Source: an uncultured Rhodospirillaceae bacterium (GTDB lineage Bacteria; Pseudomonadota; Alphaproteobacteria; MPNO01; UBA830). From it: a DNA stretch of 64,000 nt. Shown here in pieces: positions 61,160 to 64,000 of this stretch; positions within the stretch are counted from its first letter, which is position 1; each line of letters starts with the position of its first letter. The notes below the pieces were generated by a model. It did no database searches. It was not told where the DNA came from and saw only the letters and a list, made by a program, of their open reading frames with translations. The stretch spans positions 74,006 through 138,005 of the forward strand of contig CAXBCP010000009.1 of NCBI GenBank assembly GCA_963974055.1. The letters are read 5' to 3'. The translations under genes were made by a program, and so were the position numbers.

Positions 61160-61345
61160 GTCATTTTGCCTTCATGGCGCCTGTTGGATGAAATCTCGAT
61201 GCGGCCTGTCCGCAATCAACGAAACAGACAAAACCATCTCGTCGACGGGCCCATTCCTAATGAGAACCATTCGCATTTGCAAGTAGAATATATAAAACGC
61301 CTTTCGTGGTCTTCTGGCCGTCGAGATGCCGGACTGGCGTTCCGC

Positions 61346-62752
61346 TTAGTCGCCCGGCACCTGCGCGCCGATCTCTGCGGCGACCGTCCTGCCGGCGACC
61401 CTGCCGATGCCGAACGCCTTGATCAGCCCGCCCACATAACCGGCCTTGGGCCCGCCTTCGAGCCCGCCGACCACGGACCCGGCCGCATACAATCCGGGAA
61501 TCGGCGCCCCTGCGCCGTCCAGCACGCGCGCCTCGCCGTCGACCGACAGCCCGCCGGACGTCACCGTGATTCCGGCGCATAACGGGATGGCGTAGAACGG
61601 CGCCTTTTCGAGGGTATGCGCGGGATAAGCGAGCGTCGTCCGTTCCGGCGTCAGCGCCGGTGCGCTGCCTGCCCGGACGAGGCCGTTGAAGTCTTCCGCC
61701 GTCGCCGACAATCCGGCGGCGTCGATACCGGCCTTGCCTGCCAGGTCCTCGAGCGTATCGGCGGACAGTACCGTACCGCCATTCTCGGTCAGCGCCGGAT
61801 TCGGCGGCACGATGTCCGATTCCCGGGCGTCCTCCCAGACCGACGCATCGAACACCGCAGTGGCCGTCAGCGGGTCGGCAAGTCCGGCGATCGCGTTCGC
61901 CATATAGATGCCGCCGAGACCTTCATCGGCAAAACGTTTTCCGTCCGGCGTCACGACGATGCCTTTCGCACAGATGACATCGACCTGCGGGTAGGGCCAG
62001 AGCCGCTCGTCGTTGAGCGCATCGCGGCTGAGGACATGTCCGTAAAACGCGCCGAGCCCGACCGTCGCCGCGCCGATCTGTGCCGCCATGCGCAGACCGT
62101 CTCCCCGCCCGGTTTCCGTATTGCGTTGCCGGACCTTGTCCGGCGCGGCGGTGATATGTTCGCCGATCAGGCCGCGATCCGCCTGGAACCCGCCATCGGC
62201 GACCACAACCGCCTTCGCCGCAATCCGCTCCCCGCCCTCAAGCTCGACACCGCACACACGGCCGTCCTCGGTCAGGATCTGCGTCACCCGGGCGCCCCGC
62301 CGCAATTCGCCGCCGCGGGCGGCCAGTTTTTCCGCCAGGGAGTTCAGGAACCGGTTCGGCCCGCTTTCTTCCCAGTCGAGCCCGGCGCACATCGCGCGCA
62401 ACGGCGCCATCATGGGCAGGCCGTAGGAGCGGCGCGGATGCTGCATGAATTCGCAGCCTTCGTCCCGCATCCAGTCGATCGTCGCCCGGGCGCCGTCTGT
62501 GACCGTGCGGGCGATATCGTCGCGCGCCGTGCCCGAAGTCTGGTCCTGGATCGCCTGGAACAGGTCGTCCGCCGGGTCTTCCGGGCTGCGGAAGGCGACG
62601 TGCAGTGCTCCCGTCGCGACCCGCGAATTGCACATATACAGCTCGTCGCTCCCGGCTTCGAGCACCACCGGCCGCGCGCCGCCAAGCGCCGCGTGATTTG
62701 CCGCCGTCAATCCGGCAAAACCGCCGCCGATAATCGCTACGTCGTATGTCAT
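61346..62752 (-). CDS. FAD-dependent oxidoreductase (fumarate reductase/succinate dehydrogenase flavoprotein-like fold)
   Basis: 468 aa with MTYDVAIIGGGFAGLTAA (GxGxxG). Confidence 0.6.
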   Translation of the reverse strand: MTYDVAIIGGGFAGLTAANHAALGGARPVVLEAGSDELYMCNSRVATGALHVAFRSPEDPADDLFQAIQDQTSGTARDDIARTVTDGARATIDWMRDEGCEFMQHPRRSYGLPMMAPLRAMCAGLDWEESGPNRFLNSLAEKLAARGGELRRGARVTQILTEDGRVCGVELEGGERIAAKAVVVADGGFQADRGLIGEHITAAPDKVRQRNTETGRGDGLRMAAQIGAATVGLGAFYGHVLSRDALNDERLWPYPQVDVICAKGIVVTPDGKRFADEGLGGIYMANAIAGLADPLTATAVFDASVWEDARESDIVPPNPALTENGGTVLSADTLEDLAGKAGIDAAGLSATAEDFNGLVRAGSAPALTPERTTLAYPAHTLEKAPFYAIPLCAGITVTSGGLSVDGEARVLDGAGAPIPGLYAAGSVVGGLEGGPKAGYVGGLIKAFGIGRVAGRTVAAEIGAQVPGD

Positions 62753-62959
62753 GTCGCCTTGTCCCGGGTCTGTTTGCTGTTCGTTGCCAGCTTAATACAG
62801 ACGGCGGGAACAACGCGATACCCGGGAACACCGCGCCGGGACGGATTCGGACGGCGACATTCGGTCGGCGGTCGAAAAACGGCGGGCACCGGGCTATACT
62901 CCCCGCCGAACCCGCCGCCACGGCAAGATCGCAGCGCTTCGAGCAAAAGGGAAACGGCG

Positions 62960-63358
62960 ATGATAAAAACAAAGGGACTGGCCCATTTCACCATACCGGT
63001 GACCGACACCGTCCGCAGCATGGCGTTCTATGCCGATATTCTGGGCATGACGCCGATACAGGTGAACCATGAACACGGCATGGTGTTTCTCGATACCGGC
63101 GGCGATTGCGTGATTCTCGCGAAGTCGGAAGCCAGGATCGATCCCGACGATCACAACGTCCATCACGCCTTCATCGTCGATGCCGATCACTATGAAGAAG
63201 CCAAGGCGGATCTTACCGCGAACGGTGTCGACGTGTTTTTCGAAGAAGACCGCCAGGGCGGCGCGGTGAACGGTCCCCGCGCCTATTTCCACGACCCTGA
63301 CGGCAACGTGCTCGAGATCATCAGTCTGACCAGCTACAAGGGCGATACCGCCGCCTGA
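62960..63358 (+). CDS. VOC (glyoxalase/bleomycin-resistance fold) family protein
   Basis: 132 aa starting at MIKTKGLAHFTIPVTD, in the 3' part of the spurious listed ORF 61616..63358. It has the HxxF...E metal-site pattern (HHAFIVDADH...LEII). Confidence 0.6.
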   Translation: MIKTKGLAHFTIPVTDTVRSMAFYADILGMTPIQVNHEHGMVFLDTGGDCVILAKSEARIDPDDHNVHHAFIVDADHYEEAKADLTANGVDVFFEEDRQGGAVNGPRAYFHDPDGNVLEIISLTSYKGDTAA

Positions 63359-63384
63359 AACCGTCCGCTGAATCCACCCGGCAA

Positions 63385-63412
63385 AACCGGCGCCGGAATT
63401 CCGGCCGTTTTC
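63385..63412 (+). terminator. rho-independent terminator
   Basis: Perfect palindrome gccggaattccggc followed by cgttttc. Confidence 0.55.
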
Positions 63413-63696
63413 AGGGCGTTTCAGGGCATTTTCCGGCAAAACTGCACACAGGGCTGGGGGTATCTCATCCATCCACAGGCTGAGGCTTGGCGATTCGGCT
63501 TCATTGCGGTGCAATAACAGTACGTTACGGGTGCTTATCCCCAGACGCGCCTGTCCACAGGAATTTTGCCAAAAACCGCAGATTCCGGTTGCTCTCAGCG
63601 CTTACCCATATATAGTAGTCACCGATTTGTAACATACTGCATGTAGTTCATGTAGTACGGGTTGGCACAAGAGTAAAGGCACGAGGAGGTATAGCA

Positions 63697-64000
63697 ATGC
63701 AGTGGAGTCCCGAACGGGTCGAAACACTCACGCGGCTATGGGCAGAAGGTTTGTCGGCGCGTCAGATCGCCGAGAAGCTGGGTGGCGGCGTGACGCGCAA
63801 TGCCGTGATCGGCAAGGCGCACAGACTGAACCTGCAGCGCGGCACGGAAATTCCGAAGAAGGAGCCGGAGCCGGAGCCCGTCATATTCGAAGAACCTGTA
63901 TTCCATCATCCGTCAGCGGATGTGGAGGCATGGATGTGCCGCTGGCCGAGCGACGAAGCAGGGAAATTCGGCCTGCACATCTGCGGCAAGACCAACCAGC
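63697..64000 (+). CDS. gcrA: cell cycle regulator GcrA, 5' part; the gene runs off the window end
   Basis: MQWSPERVETLTRLWAEGLSARQIAEKLGGGVTRNAVIGKAHRL is the GcrA N-terminal DNA-binding domain. An RBS aggagg lies upstream. Confidence 0.8.
   Translation, partial: MQWSPERVETLTRLWAEGLSARQIAEKLGGGVTRNAVIGKAHRLNLQRGTEIPKKEPEPEPVIFEEPVFHHPSADVEAWMCRWPSDEAGKFGLHICGKTNQ

Noticed and set aside
1-64000. CRISPR arrays, rRNA genes, integrase or transposase genes
   Set aside because: No spacer-interspersed short repeats, no rRNA-like conserved stretches, and no tyrosine or serine recombinase or DDE transposase ORFs were found. The island therefore lacks a recognisable mobility gene.

Overview
This is a 64 kb segment of a high-GC (roughly 65%) alphaproteobacterial chromosome; gcrA, the DUF2155/mlaD/NDUFA12-like cluster and the glmU-DUF3108 pairing support that placement. 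Most of the window is densely packed core metabolism. One exception stands out: a roughly 3.5 kb low-GC (about 40%) island at 15.3-18.8 kb carries a single 961-aa gene encoding an NLR-like STAND NTPase. Its architecture is an unknown helical N-terminal domain, a NACHT domain, HEAT-like repeats and C-terminal leucine-rich repeats. The island sits between a roughly 105 bp tandem repeat on its left and, on its right, a higB/higA toxin-antitoxin cassette bracketed by two 81 bp direct copies of the clpA 3' end and terminator. I read this as a horizontally acquired candidate antiphage (bNACHT/Avs-like) defense locus at an insertion hotspot downstream of clpS-clpA. The core genes called elsewhere are: GGT (partial), an M48 peptidase, dsbA, maiA, ornithine decarboxylase, aroQ, accBC, aat, mlaD, a RidA-like gene, a GNAT gene, dacC with a SPOR domain, pgm-ugd-galU, purSQL, bolA, grxD, rpsD, trmJ-like, cimA/leuA family, nadE, class II DAHP synthase, a 1428-aa hybrid PAS histidine kinase followed by a REC-HK, gor, gabD, glmS, glmU, tRNA-Val(CAC), a PEP-CTERM protein, a NYN/LOTUS protein, hemP and hmuS, and a partial gcrA at the window end. 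Many long antisense ORFs in the six-frame track are GC-driven artefacts. Coordinates given for CDS features include the stop codon.
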